DNA of 64,000 nt from positions 14,184 to 78,183 of the forward strand of contig DFGA01000033.1 in NCBI GenBank assembly GCA_002371615.1. The letters are read 5' to 3'. Within the stretch, counting starts at the first letter, position 1, and each line of letters begins with the position of its first letter. The position numbers and the translations under genes were made by a program. This stretch comes from Lachnospiraceae bacterium UBA3762 (GTDB taxonomy: Bacteria > Bacillota > Clostridia > Lachnospirales > Lachnospiraceae). Positions 1 to 10,120 of this stretch are shown one piece after another. Under the pieces are notes generated by a model. It saw only the letters and a program-made list of their open reading frames with translations, had not been told where the DNA came from and did no database searches.

Positions 1-479
1 CGGTTATTCCGCTTTTTAAGAAGCAGATAGCAAACGGAGGACCCGTTACCGTTACGCATCCTGACATCATCAGATATTTCATGACAATACCGGAAGCTGT
101 CAGTCTCGTGCTTCAGGCGGGTGTTTATGCTAAGGGCGGAGAGATTTTCGTTCTTGACATGGGAAGTCCTATGAAGATCGATACTTTGGCCAGAAATCTG
201 ATCAAACTGTCAGGATATAAGCCTGATGAGGATATCAAGATAGAATATACCGGACTTCGTCCCGGAGAGAAGCTGTATGAGGAAAAGCTCATGGATGAAG
301 AGGGTTTACAAAAGACCGAGAATGAACTCATCCATATCGGTAAACCGGTTGATTTTGACACCGATACATTCCTGATGAATCTGGAGAAGCTCATGGAGAT
401 GGCATACCATAATAACGAAGGTGATATCAGACAGAAGGTAGCCGAAATAGTTACAACATATAAGAATCCTGTTTTATAG
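1..479 (+). CDS. CapD/WbpM/FlaA1-type NDP-sugar 4,6-dehydratase/epimerase, C-terminal fragment (5' end lies outside the window; codon phase starts at nt 3)
   Basis: The frame is open from nt 3 (VIPLFKKQIANGGPVTVTHPDIIRYFMTIPEAVSLVLQAG...LRPGEKLYEE). This matches the conserved C-terminal half of CapD-family polysaccharide biosynthesis proteins. Confidence 0.8.
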   Translation, partial: VIPLFKKQIANGGPVTVTHPDIIRYFMTIPEAVSLVLQAGVYAKGGEIFVLDMGSPMKIDTLARNLIKLSGYKPDEDIKIEYTGLRPGEKLYEEKLMDEEGLQKTENELIHIGKPVDFDTDTFLMNLEKLMEMAYHNNEGDIRQKVAEIVTTYKNPVL

Positions 480-1520
480 ATAATCTTTCTTTTTATGTAG
501 CATGTAACGCCATATCTTCTTGACAAGAAACAGCAGACTTGGCTCACATGTCAGAAACATTTTAAGTTCTCCTTCGTGGATGATCTGCCCAGATGGCTGC
601 TTGCTTGGGTCAAATAGACCATAGTTTTGTCGGAGAAATGCTCTTTTTTCGATGATTTTTTGTATATAGGGCTTGTATAGCAAATCTATAAGCTTCCGGT
701 CGTGATGCCCCGGTCTTATGAATACGCGAATGTTTGAACTTCCATCGGCGAAGATGTCCAGTGAATGAAAGTGATAGAAGATAATGCTTCCGGACTCGCC
801 TGTACGGGTATTCTTTGCATAAACGTGGGCATCCTTTGATTCCGGTGTTTCCGAAGTCCCAACATATTCATCAACATTCCACGGGGCTATCCCCATACCG
901 AAATCTTCATAGATATATACCCCTGTAAATAATGATGTAAACATATCAAGGTATTTCTGATCTCCAAACAGTTCATCCGTAGCATTTTCGGTGCAGCATT
1001 CCAGACATTTATCTACCCACCAGTTAAGTATTTTCATACCGTTCGGAGTATTCTTGAAGGTGTTGAACTGGACACAGTACTGCCCATACATTTTGGCGTT
1101 ATACTCATTTTCGGGATGTTTACTGTATCTGTGGGAGATAATGGCCGCATCACAATCACTTACGAGAAACTTTTGCAGAGCCGGTTCCGGTGAGGCATAA
1201 AAATACAGATCCGAATCAATGTATGTAAGATCATTCAGAGCGTATTTGACCATAAGATATCTGATGCTGTATCCGCTGCATGTCCACAGGAACTCGCGTG
1301 TGCTTCGATTACTTTTTGCTTCGCGGAGTATGTCGTCTTCAAATTCATCATAAGATGTAATAACCATACCGGGAAGATTAAGTTCCGTGAGAGTGTTATA
1401 ACACTTATCGTCAAATGCTATAACATATAACGTGAAGCTGTCGCATGAACTTTTTAGCGAGTCATACATTACGAGAGCCCGATCTATGTAATTACTGTCG
1501 AAAAGCGTGCACAGATTCAT
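474..1520 (-). CDS. GT-A fold nucleotide-diphospho-sugar transferase (GT8-like)
   Basis: 348-aa ORF. N-terminus LFDSNYIDRALVMYDSL and a DxD-like IDSDLYF motif. No TM segments. It sits in the glycan locus. Confidence 0.6.
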   Translation of the reverse strand: MNLCTLFDSNYIDRALVMYDSLKSSCDSFTLYVIAFDDKCYNTLTELNLPGMVITSYDEFEDDILREAKSNRSTREFLWTCSGYSIRYLMVKYALNDLTYIDSDLYFYASPEPALQKFLVSDCDAAIISHRYSKHPENEYNAKMYGQYCVQFNTFKNTPNGMKILNWWVDKCLECCTENATDELFGDQKYLDMFTSLFTGVYIYEDFGMGIAPWNVDEYVGTSETPESKDAHVYAKNTRTGESGSIIFYHFHSLDIFADGSSNIRVFIRPGHHDRKLIDLLYKPYIQKIIEKRAFLRQNYGLFDPSKQPSGQIIHEGELKMFLTCEPSLLFLVKKIWRYMLHKKKDYL

Positions 1521-1622
1521 AATACTATAATAATATCATGTTTATTCTTTTGGCAAAACATATTTTTGTGACTTGACAGTGTTTACTGATATTGAATAGT
1601 AGGGTAAAATACGTTAATAGAA

Positions 1623-3608
1623 ATGAGAGATTATAAGTGTTTGAAGAATAAGAATATTCAGGCTTTGGCAGGTATTATTTCAATACTTGCATATATAGTT
1701 GCGTTCTTTATGGGACTGAATTCTGGTAAGGACATTATCATAAAGACACTTCTATTTGCGATTTCTGCCTTAATATATGTATTTTGTCAGCTTTCCCCAC
1801 AAAAGAGTCCCGGTCTCAAGAAACAACTTGTTGTTATCAATATGGTTGCGTTGGCAGTTCATATATTATTAGCAGCATCCGCGATCCCAACCGTTTGGTA
1901 TGCCAGGTATTATTCGGGACTTGCTCAGCTTGTGATTTGGACAGTTGCCCCGTGCTTTGTTCTTGTTTACGGATTAATACGTGACCGTAGAACTTATGAT
2001 GATTTGCTGAGTATTGTTGTCAAAAACAGACTGTTGATCATAGGGATAGTGATAATCGCATTAGTGGTCATATTTTGTTCATATGATGTCGGTGGTCCCC
2101 GTTTTGTGTGGGATTCAAATCTGGCTTATAATTTTGTAGTAAGAGATTTGAATACCCTCTCCCTTTTTAATCCTCATGACATGACTTTTGCTGATCATGT
2201 CTCTTTTTCCTATTTTATCCCTGTTTTTATATTCTCCAATATAACGAAAAGTGTTGAAATGGGATTCTTTGCATATAATGCTTTTACGATCATCATGGCA
2301 GCGTTTGGATTTGGTTTATTATTCAGGAGCATTTTTCGGAATTCGGGGGTAACTACTGTTCTGCTGGCTACATTGACCTGTATGCTTTCGCCATATATAT
2401 TTGGACTGTCAACATTGCATATGTATGATTATGCAGCTATATGCATACCCCCGGTTCTTTTATACGCGGCTTTTGATAAAAAATGGGCGCTATTTATTAT
2501 GTGTGGCTTCTATGCTGTATTTATAAAAGAGCCGGTCCTGATATTTTTTGGCGCTGTTTGTGCTGCTGTTCTCCTAAATGATCTTACCGTGCACAAGAAA
2601 ACTATTAAAGATATTATTTCTGATTACAAGTACTGGTACATGATTCTGGTGGGAGCTGTTTTTATTGTTTTATATTCTGTAGCCGGAAACTATATAAACT
2701 CGTCGCCTGACGAATCGGTAGGTATAAGTATAGGGCATATGTGGGGAATTTTAAAAGTATTCTGTATTTTGAACTATACATGGATTCTGTCTATATTGTC
2801 ACTGGTTCTGATAATTAAAGTTTTCTTCGTGGGAGATACAGAGTATGATATCAAATATGCCGTATCATTATGCTCTTTTCCGGCGATAATATTTCTTGCT
2901 TTCAATATGGTTGTTCAGTCTCATAAGAATGCACGATATATAGATTGTTTCTATTCATGTATCTTGATTATGGCTGTAATGCTTATGTTTATTATGGCTC
3001 GAAATGTTCGGATTATATATACGGGGCTTATTATATTGAGTATGGTATTTATAATTTCCGACTTCACATCAACCGATCCTTTTTCACACCTGCTTTTTAA
3101 TCGTGTAAATATAGGGTATAGGGAACTGTTTTCTACGACAGGGGATACGAACATCCGTGACAATATAGTCTATAACAGGCAGTATTATGGATTTGACGTC
3201 GTTATGGGCAAGATATACCAAAAAACTGCTCAAACAAAGCCTGATTTACTTGCAGTATCAACAGAAGGAAATGTTTCGGTATGGGATATGTCAGGAAAAT
3301 GGGACTGGGGAGCCGAAGGAGGAGAATTTGAAGAGTATTATGATACACTGACGGGCTCAAGGGCGGCATTTTATTCTTTGCCCTTAAATGCCCAGGAAGA
3401 CAGATACGTTCAGATCAAAGTAAAGTATTTGCCGCCAAACGCAGATTATTATAAAGAGTTGAAAGAAGAAGATTCGTTTATTTATGTATATATACCCTCG
3501 CGAAATGAGGGGCGGGAAAAAATGATAAGAGACTCCTATAACGTTATTGAAGAGGGAAAATATGATTTTCGTGGATGGGAGATGGCATACATACACGCTA
3601 AAAAATGA
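1623..3608 (+). CDS. Large polytopic membrane protein, family unassigned (possible polymerase/GT-C-type enzyme)
   Basis: 661-aa ORF with more than 10 hydrophobic segments and a soluble C-terminal region of about 150 aa. Function is inferred from context only. Confidence 0.5.
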   Translation: MRDYKCLKNKNIQALAGIISILAYIVAFFMGLNSGKDIIIKTLLFAISALIYVFCQLSPQKSPGLKKQLVVINMVALAVHILLAASAIPTVWYARYYSGLAQLVIWTVAPCFVLVYGLIRDRRTYDDLLSIVVKNRLLIIGIVIIALVVIFCSYDVGGPRFVWDSNLAYNFVVRDLNTLSLFNPHDMTFADHVSFSYFIPVFIFSNITKSVEMGFFAYNAFTIIMAAFGFGLLFRSIFRNSGVTTVLLATLTCMLSPYIFGLSTLHMYDYAAICIPPVLLYAAFDKKWALFIMCGFYAVFIKEPVLIFFGAVCAAVLLNDLTVHKKTIKDIISDYKYWYMILVGAVFIVLYSVAGNYINSSPDESVGISIGHMWGILKVFCILNYTWILSILSLVLIIKVFFVGDTEYDIKYAVSLCSFPAIIFLAFNMVVQSHKNARYIDCFYSCILIMAVMLMFIMARNVRIIYTGLIILSMVFIISDFTSTDPFSHLLFNRVNIGYRELFSTTGDTNIRDNIVYNRQYYGFDVVMGKIYQKTAQTKPDLLAVSTEGNVSVWDMSGKWDWGAEGGEFEEYYDTLTGSRAAFYSLPLNAQEDRYVQIKVKYLPPNADYYKELKEEDSFIYVYIPSRNEGREKMIRDSYNVIEEGKYDFRGWEMAYIHAKK

Positions 3609-3672
3609 TAATGTGGCTATATCGCGGGAGTTATGATAGAATCACCATATTGAATGAGAGGATGATATTGCA

Positions 3673-4629
3673 ATGAACAAAGAAGGAAGAACAGTTTCTA
3701 TTCTAATACCGGCTTACAATGAACAAGATTCGATTCAGGAATTGTATGAACAGGTAATAAATGGGATTAATGAGTTAAAAAAGAGAAATCAGGTTTCAGA
3801 TTATGAGATTTGGTTTATTAATGATGGGAGCACAGACAATACTGAAGCTTCTGTTATGAATGTTATAAAAAATGACGATAGAGTTCATTTAATATCATTC
3901 CGAAAGAACTTCGGGAAATCGCCGGCACTGCAGGCGGGATTCAGGCATGTAAACGGCGACTTGATTTTCACGTTGGATGCTGATTTGCAGGATGATCCGG
4001 CTGAATTTCCAAGATTCGTTGAAAAAATAGATGAGGGATTTGACATGGTTGTGGGATGGAAATTCAACCGTCTTGATCCGCTTGAAAAGAAGCTTCCTTC
4101 AAAATTGTTTAATTTCGTTACATCTGTTAATTCAGGCGTTAAGTTGCATGATTTTGACTGTGGTTTTAAGTGCTTTACAAATGAGGTGGCCAAAGCTATT
4201 GACTTATACGGCGAGCTTCATCGGTATGTTCCTGTATTGGCACATCGAAAAGGATTTAAGATTACAGAGATTACAGTTAATCACAGGAGCAGAGAACACG
4301 GGCATTCAAAATACGGTATTGAGAGATATATGCGTGGGTTGCTGGATTCTCTTACAACTACTTTTTTGTTAAAGTATTCTGACAGACCTATGTATTTCTT
4401 TGGCAGGCTGGGTCTATTTACGACCGTTTTGGGTATTATTATTTGCGCATATCTGACTGTTATATGGTTTATGGGTCAGAGCATTGGAGGAAGACCACTT
4501 TTGGTTTTGGGGGTTCTTCTTATCCTGGTAGGTATTCAGTTTATATCTACGGGATTTGTTTGTAACATTTTGGTTGATCGGAGTTTCAAAATGTCTTATG
4601 ATGAAAGCCACATTAAAAGAATTGTATAA
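3673..4629 (+). CDS. GT2 polyprenol-phosphate glycosyltransferase (GtrB/ArnC/DPM1-like)
   Basis: VSILIPAYNEQDSI, NDGSTDNT and DADLQDDP motifs, plus two C-terminal TM helices typical of GtrB/ArnC-type enzymes. Confidence 0.85.
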   Translation: MNKEGRTVSILIPAYNEQDSIQELYEQVINGINELKKRNQVSDYEIWFINDGSTDNTEASVMNVIKNDDRVHLISFRKNFGKSPALQAGFRHVNGDLIFTLDADLQDDPAEFPRFVEKIDEGFDMVVGWKFNRLDPLEKKLPSKLFNFVTSVNSGVKLHDFDCGFKCFTNEVAKAIDLYGELHRYVPVLAHRKGFKITEITVNHRSREHGHSKYGIERYMRGLLDSLTTTFLLKYSDRPMYFFGRLGLFTTVLGIIICAYLTVIWFMGQSIGGRPLLVLGVLLILVGIQFISTGFVCNILVDRSFKMSYDESHIKRIV

Positions 4630-5068
4630 TAATAATCGGGATCGTGTCAAAGAACTGGTTCGATACGGAATTGTTGGGTTATCGACAACGATTATTAACA
4701 TTGCAACATACAGGTTATTCCTGATTGGACTGGATTACAGGATCGCTAATATCATTGCTCTTATAGTTAGCAAGACTTACGGTTATCTGGCGAATAAGAA
4801 TATAGTTTTTCATAGCCGCACCGATTCATTTATAGGATTTATAGGTGAATTGATGCGTTTTATTTTTGCCAGAGGATTTACAGCACTTGTGGATTATTTT
4901 GGGTTGATAATTGCTGTTGAACTCATGGGCTTTGATAAAGTGATATCAAAGTATGTTTTGCAGGTCATAGTCATAATCCTGAATTATGTTCTGGGGAAAT
5001 TTGTTGTGTTTCGTTCTGCAAAGACGGAGGAAGAATCAGGTGAATCAGATATTAAAAAACCATTTTAA
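4598..5068 (+). CDS. GtrA-family membrane protein (lipid-linked sugar translocase-like)
   Basis: ELVRYGIVGLSTTIINIATYRLF...SKTYGYLANKNIVFHS with 4 TM segments, the typical GtrA pattern. I chose the start at the in-frame ATG-ATG at 4598/4601, because the track start at 4556 overlaps the upstream gene by 74 nt. Confidence 0.75.
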   Translation: MMKATLKELYNNNRDRVKELVRYGIVGLSTTIINIATYRLFLIGLDYRIANIIALIVSKTYGYLANKNIVFHSRTDSFIGFIGELMRFIFARGFTALVDYFGLIIAVELMGFDKVISKYVLQVIVIILNYVLGKFVVFRSAKTEEESGESDIKKPF

Positions 5069-6641
5069 GTTATTTAGTTATCTAGCTATTGGGTTGGTAC
5101 TTGCAGTATGCTTGTTGTTCTGCGTAAAAAAAAGCGGATATTATATTGATGAATACTATTTGTACACAATAGCCAACGGAACACAGCTTGGCATAGCTAT
5201 AGAGCCCGGAAGTTGGAACGATACATCCGGGTATATGGATCAGCTGGTGTCGTCCGGAAATGAGAATTTTCATTTCCATCAGGTGTATGAAAATGAGTCG
5301 AATAATGTCCATCCACCGCTCTACTATTATTTGTTGCATTTTGTTTCTTCTGTTTTTCATGATTCATTCAGCAAGTGGATAGGGTTATCAATCAACCTTA
5401 TATTACTGATTCCAATTCTTTTTCTCGTTCGGGAAATAGCATGGATTCTTTCGGGGAACAATGAAGTGATTACAATCCTTACTGTTCTTGCATATGGATT
5501 GTCTCCCGCAACAGTTTCCATGGTAGTTCTGATCCGTATGTATCTGCTTTTATCGCTTTGGACACTTTTATATGTATATATACACGTATCGGATCTAAAA
5601 CGTGACAGATTATCGACAGGACGATTTTTGCTTCCGGTTTTTGTGACGGGTTTCATGGGCTTTTTGACCCAGTACTTCTTTGTGGTAATCATGTTTTTTA
5701 TCACATTTGTTTACGGCTTTTATCTGATGTTTTTTTGCAAAAGGGTTAAAGATGCGATCATTTACGGATTAACAGCACTCATTTCACTGATCAGCACCCA
5801 TTTAGTATGGCCTTTTGCCTATTTTCACATATTTGGAGGTTACAGGGGACAGGGAGCGGTTTCACAGTTGAAGGATGTGACGCATTACTGGGACCGTATT
5901 AAAACCCAGTTCTCATATCTCAATACAATGGTATTTGGGAAGACCTTAGTCTTGTTTATTCCGATTCTGATTGTTGGAGTGTATATACTCTTCACGAGGT
6001 GTGTGCAATTAAAGAGATCGGGAGTGAACAATCCGGTTGTTGAACTATCGATACCGACAAAGGCTTTTATTATGATACTTTTGGCCGCTTTGCTTGATTA
6101 TGCAGTACTGGGACAGATATCCCTTATGGATGGCATTACCTGTTTCCGTCATATATATACAGCATATGCGCTATTTCTTATATTGCTTCCAACCGGATTA
6201 TACAGACTGGTAGTTCATTTGACTAAAGGAAAGACTAATATTGCATCGGTAGTGATTTGTATGGTAATGGGTTTGATTTGTTTTCTCGGACATTATCAAA
6301 AGAGTGTTTTGTTTTTGTACGAGGAAGAGAAGATCGCGACTGATTATGCAAAAGAACATCCTAATGCAAAGGTAGTCATGTTCCAAAATGATGATGGGAA
6401 TTATGATTCCCGTATACAAGAACTGATCCTATATCCGAGGATTTATTATGCATCAGTTAATGACCTTTCTACGGCAATAGATCCGGAAATAGCAAATGCA
6501 GATGAATTATTTGTTTATGTTTCTACTGCAGTTGATCCTCAGATATGCTTTGACAGTATATATGAGCAGAATAAAAATATAACTGAGGCAGAACATTTAT
6601 GGGATTATTATGCTTTTTTCTCTGCCTATAAACTATACTAG
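5040..6641 (+). CDS. GT-C fold glycosyltransferase (ArnT/PMT_2-like), third part of a GtrB/GtrA/GT-C module
   Basis: YYIDEYY (DE loop motif) and NVHPPLYYYLLHF, with many TM segments. A GTG at 5040 is preceded by GGAGGAAG at 5027-5034. The track's ATG at 4986 would overlap the GtrA gene by 83 nt. Confidence 0.6.
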   Translation: MNQILKNHFKLFSYLAIGLVLAVCLLFCVKKSGYYIDEYYLYTIANGTQLGIAIEPGSWNDTSGYMDQLVSSGNENFHFHQVYENESNNVHPPLYYYLLHFVSSVFHDSFSKWIGLSINLILLIPILFLVREIAWILSGNNEVITILTVLAYGLSPATVSMVVLIRMYLLLSLWTLLYVYIHVSDLKRDRLSTGRFLLPVFVTGFMGFLTQYFFVVIMFFITFVYGFYLMFFCKRVKDAIIYGLTALISLISTHLVWPFAYFHIFGGYRGQGAVSQLKDVTHYWDRIKTQFSYLNTMVFGKTLVLFIPILIVGVYILFTRCVQLKRSGVNNPVVELSIPTKAFIMILLAALLDYAVLGQISLMDGITCFRHIYTAYALFLILLPTGLYRLVVHLTKGKTNIASVVICMVMGLICFLGHYQKSVLFLYEEEKIATDYAKEHPNAKVVMFQNDDGNYDSRIQELILYPRIYYASVNDLSTAIDPEIANADELFVYVSTAVDPQICFDSIYEQNKNITEAEHLWDYYAFFSAYKLY

Positions 6642-6650
6642 GAGTAAACC

Positions 6651-7571
6651 ATGAGTTGTTGTTATTCGCCGATTGTCATATTTGCATATAACCGTGTTGA
6701 TAAGCTAAAAAAATGTTTAGATTACCTTGCAAGGTGTCCTGAAGCACCGAAAAGTGAACTGTACATATTTTGTGATGGCCCAAAGGGTGATAAAGACAGA
6801 GCGGATGTTGAAAATGTCCAGGGTTATGCATATCAATATGCTCAAGGAGATCATTTTGGGAGCGTTAATGTCACCGCACAGGAGAATAACAGAGGTCTTG
6901 CCGCTTCAATTATCTCCGGAGTGACAGAGGTTGTTAATAAACATGGCAGGGTTATAGTTGTAGAGGATGATCTTATAGTATTACCGTCGTTTCTTAAGTA
7001 TATGAACGAAGGATTGGAGTACTACGCTGATGACAAGAAGTGCGGATCTGTTTGTTCATTTTCATACCCAATGAAAGCATTGAAGAACTATGACAAGGAT
7101 GTATATTTCACACGCAAGGCTGATTGCTGGGGATGGGGAACGTGGTCTGACCGGTGGAATAATGCCATCTGGGCTGATACGGATTATACCGGGTATCTGT
7201 CGAATCCCGGCTTGAGATGGAATTTTGAAAGATTGGAAGCCGGATTGGACAGACTGATGTATTTACAATATAAGGGAAAGATAGATTCTTGGGCAGTCAG
7301 ATGGGTTTACTATTTGTTTTGTACAGGACAGTTGTCCGTATATCCAACAAGAAGCCAGACTATAAATTCCGGGTTTGACGGCAGCGGAACACATATTTCC
7401 CGTGGGTTTGGAGTGGATTTTAACAGATCATATAATGAATCAATTGATGATTTCAGATGGGAAAAGTGTGAGTTTAACAAGAAACTGGCAGATGCATGCG
7501 CTAAATATCCGAGAAGGTTTCTTCCTCTCTACATTCTTGAAACCATAAGGTTTATGCTTAAGAAAAAATAG
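6651..7571 (+). CDS. GT-A fold glycosyltransferase (GNT-I/GT2-like)
   Basis: PIVIFAYNRVDKLKKCLDYL and VVEDDLIV (DxD motif). A soluble 306-aa protein. Confidence 0.55.
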   Translation: MSCCYSPIVIFAYNRVDKLKKCLDYLARCPEAPKSELYIFCDGPKGDKDRADVENVQGYAYQYAQGDHFGSVNVTAQENNRGLAASIISGVTEVVNKHGRVIVVEDDLIVLPSFLKYMNEGLEYYADDKKCGSVCSFSYPMKALKNYDKDVYFTRKADCWGWGTWSDRWNNAIWADTDYTGYLSNPGLRWNFERLEAGLDRLMYLQYKGKIDSWAVRWVYYLFCTGQLSVYPTRSQTINSGFDGSGTHISRGFGVDFNRSYNESIDDFRWEKCEFNKKLADACAKYPRRFLPLYILETIRFMLKKK

Positions 7572-7572
7572 G

Positions 7573-8307
7573 CTATCTGAAGCATAGACGAAAGAGTTTT
7601 TTGGGCAGGATAGTTATATAATACAGAAGAGGAAAACACTCCCGGATACTGGCATCATCTTCTATTGTCATCTGAATATAATTGTCTTTGTTGGCGCTGA
7701 TCCCACCCTCGTGATCAAAGGAGCATATTATCCTGTCTATATGTTTAAATGAAAGACCGTCAGACAGAGCTCTTACTATAAAATCAAAGTCCGCGGTTAT
7801 CCTGTGATCTTCCCGGAATCCGTATTTTCGCATAATATCACTTCTGGTAAACTGGCTCTGATGGCAAAAAGCAAGTCCGCAAAGCATCATTTTCATACGT
7901 TCAAAGTGCGTTCCTTTGTAGGTCTGGACATAATTTCCCGATGAACATCTCCTATAGACATCGCCATATAAAATGTCCGGAGCAGATTCGCCAAGGTGTA
8001 ATGATATATCTGCGAGAACCTTGTCATCATAAAACATATCCCCACTGTTCATAAAGATCACATAATCCCCTGATATTCGGGAAAGAGACTTGTTCATGGC
8101 ATTATATAGACCGGAATCAGCCTCCGAATACCAGAAAAGTCTGTTATCGGAGGTATAATCACTTATTATGCCCAAGGTTCCATCTGTTGAGGCTCCATCC
8201 ATAATGATATACTCAAAATTGTTATATTGTTGTCCGAGTACAGACTCAATGGTTGCTCTTATAGTATTTTCTTCGTTGTATGATACGGTAACAACTGATA
8301 TCTTCAT
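7573..8307 (-). CDS. GT2 family glycosyltransferase (WcaE-like)
   Basis: MKISVVTVSYNEENTIRATIESVLGQQYNNFEYIIMDGASTDGT is a classic GT2 N-terminus. Confidence 0.8.
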   Translation of the reverse strand: MKISVVTVSYNEENTIRATIESVLGQQYNNFEYIIMDGASTDGTLGIISDYTSDNRLFWYSEADSGLYNAMNKSLSRISGDYVIFMNSGDMFYDDKVLADISLHLGESAPDILYGDVYRRCSSGNYVQTYKGTHFERMKMMLCGLAFCHQSQFTRSDIMRKYGFREDHRITADFDFIVRALSDGLSFKHIDRIICSFDHEGGISANKDNYIQMTIEDDASIRECFPLLYYITILPKKLFRLCFR

Positions 8308-8370
8308 GATGCTTATGATATCATGGATTCGCTTGAAGCAAAATACTTATTCTGATAGAATTATTCAGTG

Positions 8371-9402
8371 ATGAATGAGCTAAACGTAATCTACCAGTTT
8401 AATGAGAAGTATGTTCCATATGCAGGGGTGTCAATAACATCCCTGTTTATTAATAATACGGATGCGGACAATATCAATTTGTATGTCCTGGGGGATGACC
8501 TGTCGGAAGAGTCTGTTACGATGCTTCAAAGAACTGCGGATAAATACGGAAGAAACATGATCTTTCCCAAGACCCAAGAGATGCTGAATAGATTCAAAGA
8601 TCTTGGGATGATACCGTACAGGGGCACTTACTCGGTATATCTGAGGCTGTTCTTCACAAAACTTCCGGGTGTAGATCTTGCCGGAAAAAGGGCAGTATAT
8701 CTGGACGCTGATACTATTGTAGACAAGAGCCTTACTCCGCTTACGGAGCATGATCTTGGAGGAAAGAGTATCGGCATGGTGCTTGAGTCCATACGGGATG
8801 ATTATAAATTAATGATCGGAATGAGCGGGGATTCGGATTATTACAATTCCGGAGTAATACTGTTTGATGTAGACAAATGGGAGAGTAACGGATACTGTGA
8901 CAGGCTTGTGGAACATATCCGTAATGTCAGGAGCAGTTATATAGGCGACCAGGATTTTCTCAATATAGTCTGCGAAGGTGATGTATGCCGTCTGCCGCTT
9001 ACATACAATTTCCAACCGCTGCATGCCAGATATACGGCAGATGAGTATTTTGCAGCATATAAGCTTCGGGATGAATCAGAGTATTATGGTGCCGGTGAGA
9101 TAGAAAGTGCAAAGCATGATGCGGCGATACTCCATTGCTACAGGTGGCTTGGAGAATTTCCGTGGAATCTCGGAAATCTCCATCCGTTTAATGATGTATA
9201 TGACAGATATATGGCACAGTCTTTGTGGAAAGGCAGTGATAAGAAGAGGGCTGACAGTGGGATCGCGATCAGACTCGAGAAGCTTTTGTACAGGGTGCTG
9301 CCAAAGAGCATGTTTATAAGGATTTTTAAACTGGCACATAAGATGATGCTCCAAAGAGCCGAAGCTGATGCGAGGGCTCAAAAAACAAATGCCGATGCTT
9401 GA
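8371..9402 (+). CDS. GT8 family glycosyltransferase
   Basis: NVIYQFNEKYVPYAGVSITSL, YLDADTIV and YYNSGVILFD are GT8 motifs. The ATG at 8371 lies directly after the track's GTG at 8368. Confidence 0.8.
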   Translation: MNELNVIYQFNEKYVPYAGVSITSLFINNTDADNINLYVLGDDLSEESVTMLQRTADKYGRNMIFPKTQEMLNRFKDLGMIPYRGTYSVYLRLFFTKLPGVDLAGKRAVYLDADTIVDKSLTPLTEHDLGGKSIGMVLESIRDDYKLMIGMSGDSDYYNSGVILFDVDKWESNGYCDRLVEHIRNVRSSYIGDQDFLNIVCEGDVCRLPLTYNFQPLHARYTADEYFAAYKLRDESEYYGAGEIESAKHDAAILHCYRWLGEFPWNLGNLHPFNDVYDRYMAQSLWKGSDKKRADSGIAIRLEKLLYRVLPKSMFIRIFKLAHKMMLQRAEADARAQKTNADA

Positions 9403-9464
9403 CAGCAGACGTAGTAATTGATTAACTATATGTATTGAAAATGCAATGAAAAGGAGGGTGTTTT

Positions 9465-10097
9465 ATGGATTCTAAAGCTATGTTCAAATTAAGCTACGGA
9501 TTGTTCGTTCTTACGGCAAAGAGGGGTGACAAGGATAACGGATGCATTACCAATACGGCTATCCAGGTTACAAGCGAGCCGAACCGGATCGCGGTCGCGA
9601 TAAATAAGGCTAATTTCACCCATGATATGGTTATGGATACGAAGAAGTTCAATGTATCGATCTTAAGCGAGAAGGCAAGTTTTGATACGTTCAAACATTT
9701 CGGATTCCAGTCGGGTAAGGATGTGGACAAGTTTGACGGATACAGCGCATGTAAGAGAGCATCCAACGGCCTTATGTATATTACGGAAGGAACCAATGCG
9801 TACATCTCGGTTGATGTCGAACAGACTATAGATCTCGGAACACATACTCTGTTCATCGGGGCTGTGACCGATATGGAAGTTCTCGCCGATACACCTTCGG
9901 CAACATATACTTACTATCAGGAGAATATCAAACCGAAGCCGCAGGAGAAGAAGGATGATGCGAATTCGCTTCCTCCGGGAATGCATAAATGGCGCTGCAA
10001 GATATGCGGATTTGAATATATCGGTGAAACACTTCCGGATGATTATATATGTGAGATCTGTAAACATCCGGCAAGTGATTTTGAACTGGTAGAATAA
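9465..10097 (+). CDS. Flavin reductase-like domain fused to a C-terminal rubredoxin
   Basis: The N-terminus (YGLFVLTAK...NGCITNTA) is flavin-reductase-like. The C-terminus WRCKICGFEY...YICEICKHP carries two CxxC rubredoxin knuckles. Confidence 0.8.
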   Translation: MDSKAMFKLSYGLFVLTAKRGDKDNGCITNTAIQVTSEPNRIAVAINKANFTHDMVMDTKKFNVSILSEKASFDTFKHFGFQSGKDVDKFDGYSACKRASNGLMYITEGTNAYISVDVEQTIDLGTHTLFIGAVTDMEVLADTPSATYTYYQENIKPKPQEKKDDANSLPPGMHKWRCKICGFEYIGETLPDDYICEICKHPASDFELVE

Positions 10098-10120
10098 ATA
10101 AAACTATTTAAGGAGTTGTT

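Noticed and set aside
4986-5039. Track start codon (ATG 4986) for the GT-C gene
   Set aside because: It would overlap the GtrA gene by 83 nt and add a non-hydrophobic, arginine-rich leader. The GTG at 5040 has a GGAGGAAG Shine-Dalgarno sequence. This is not proven.
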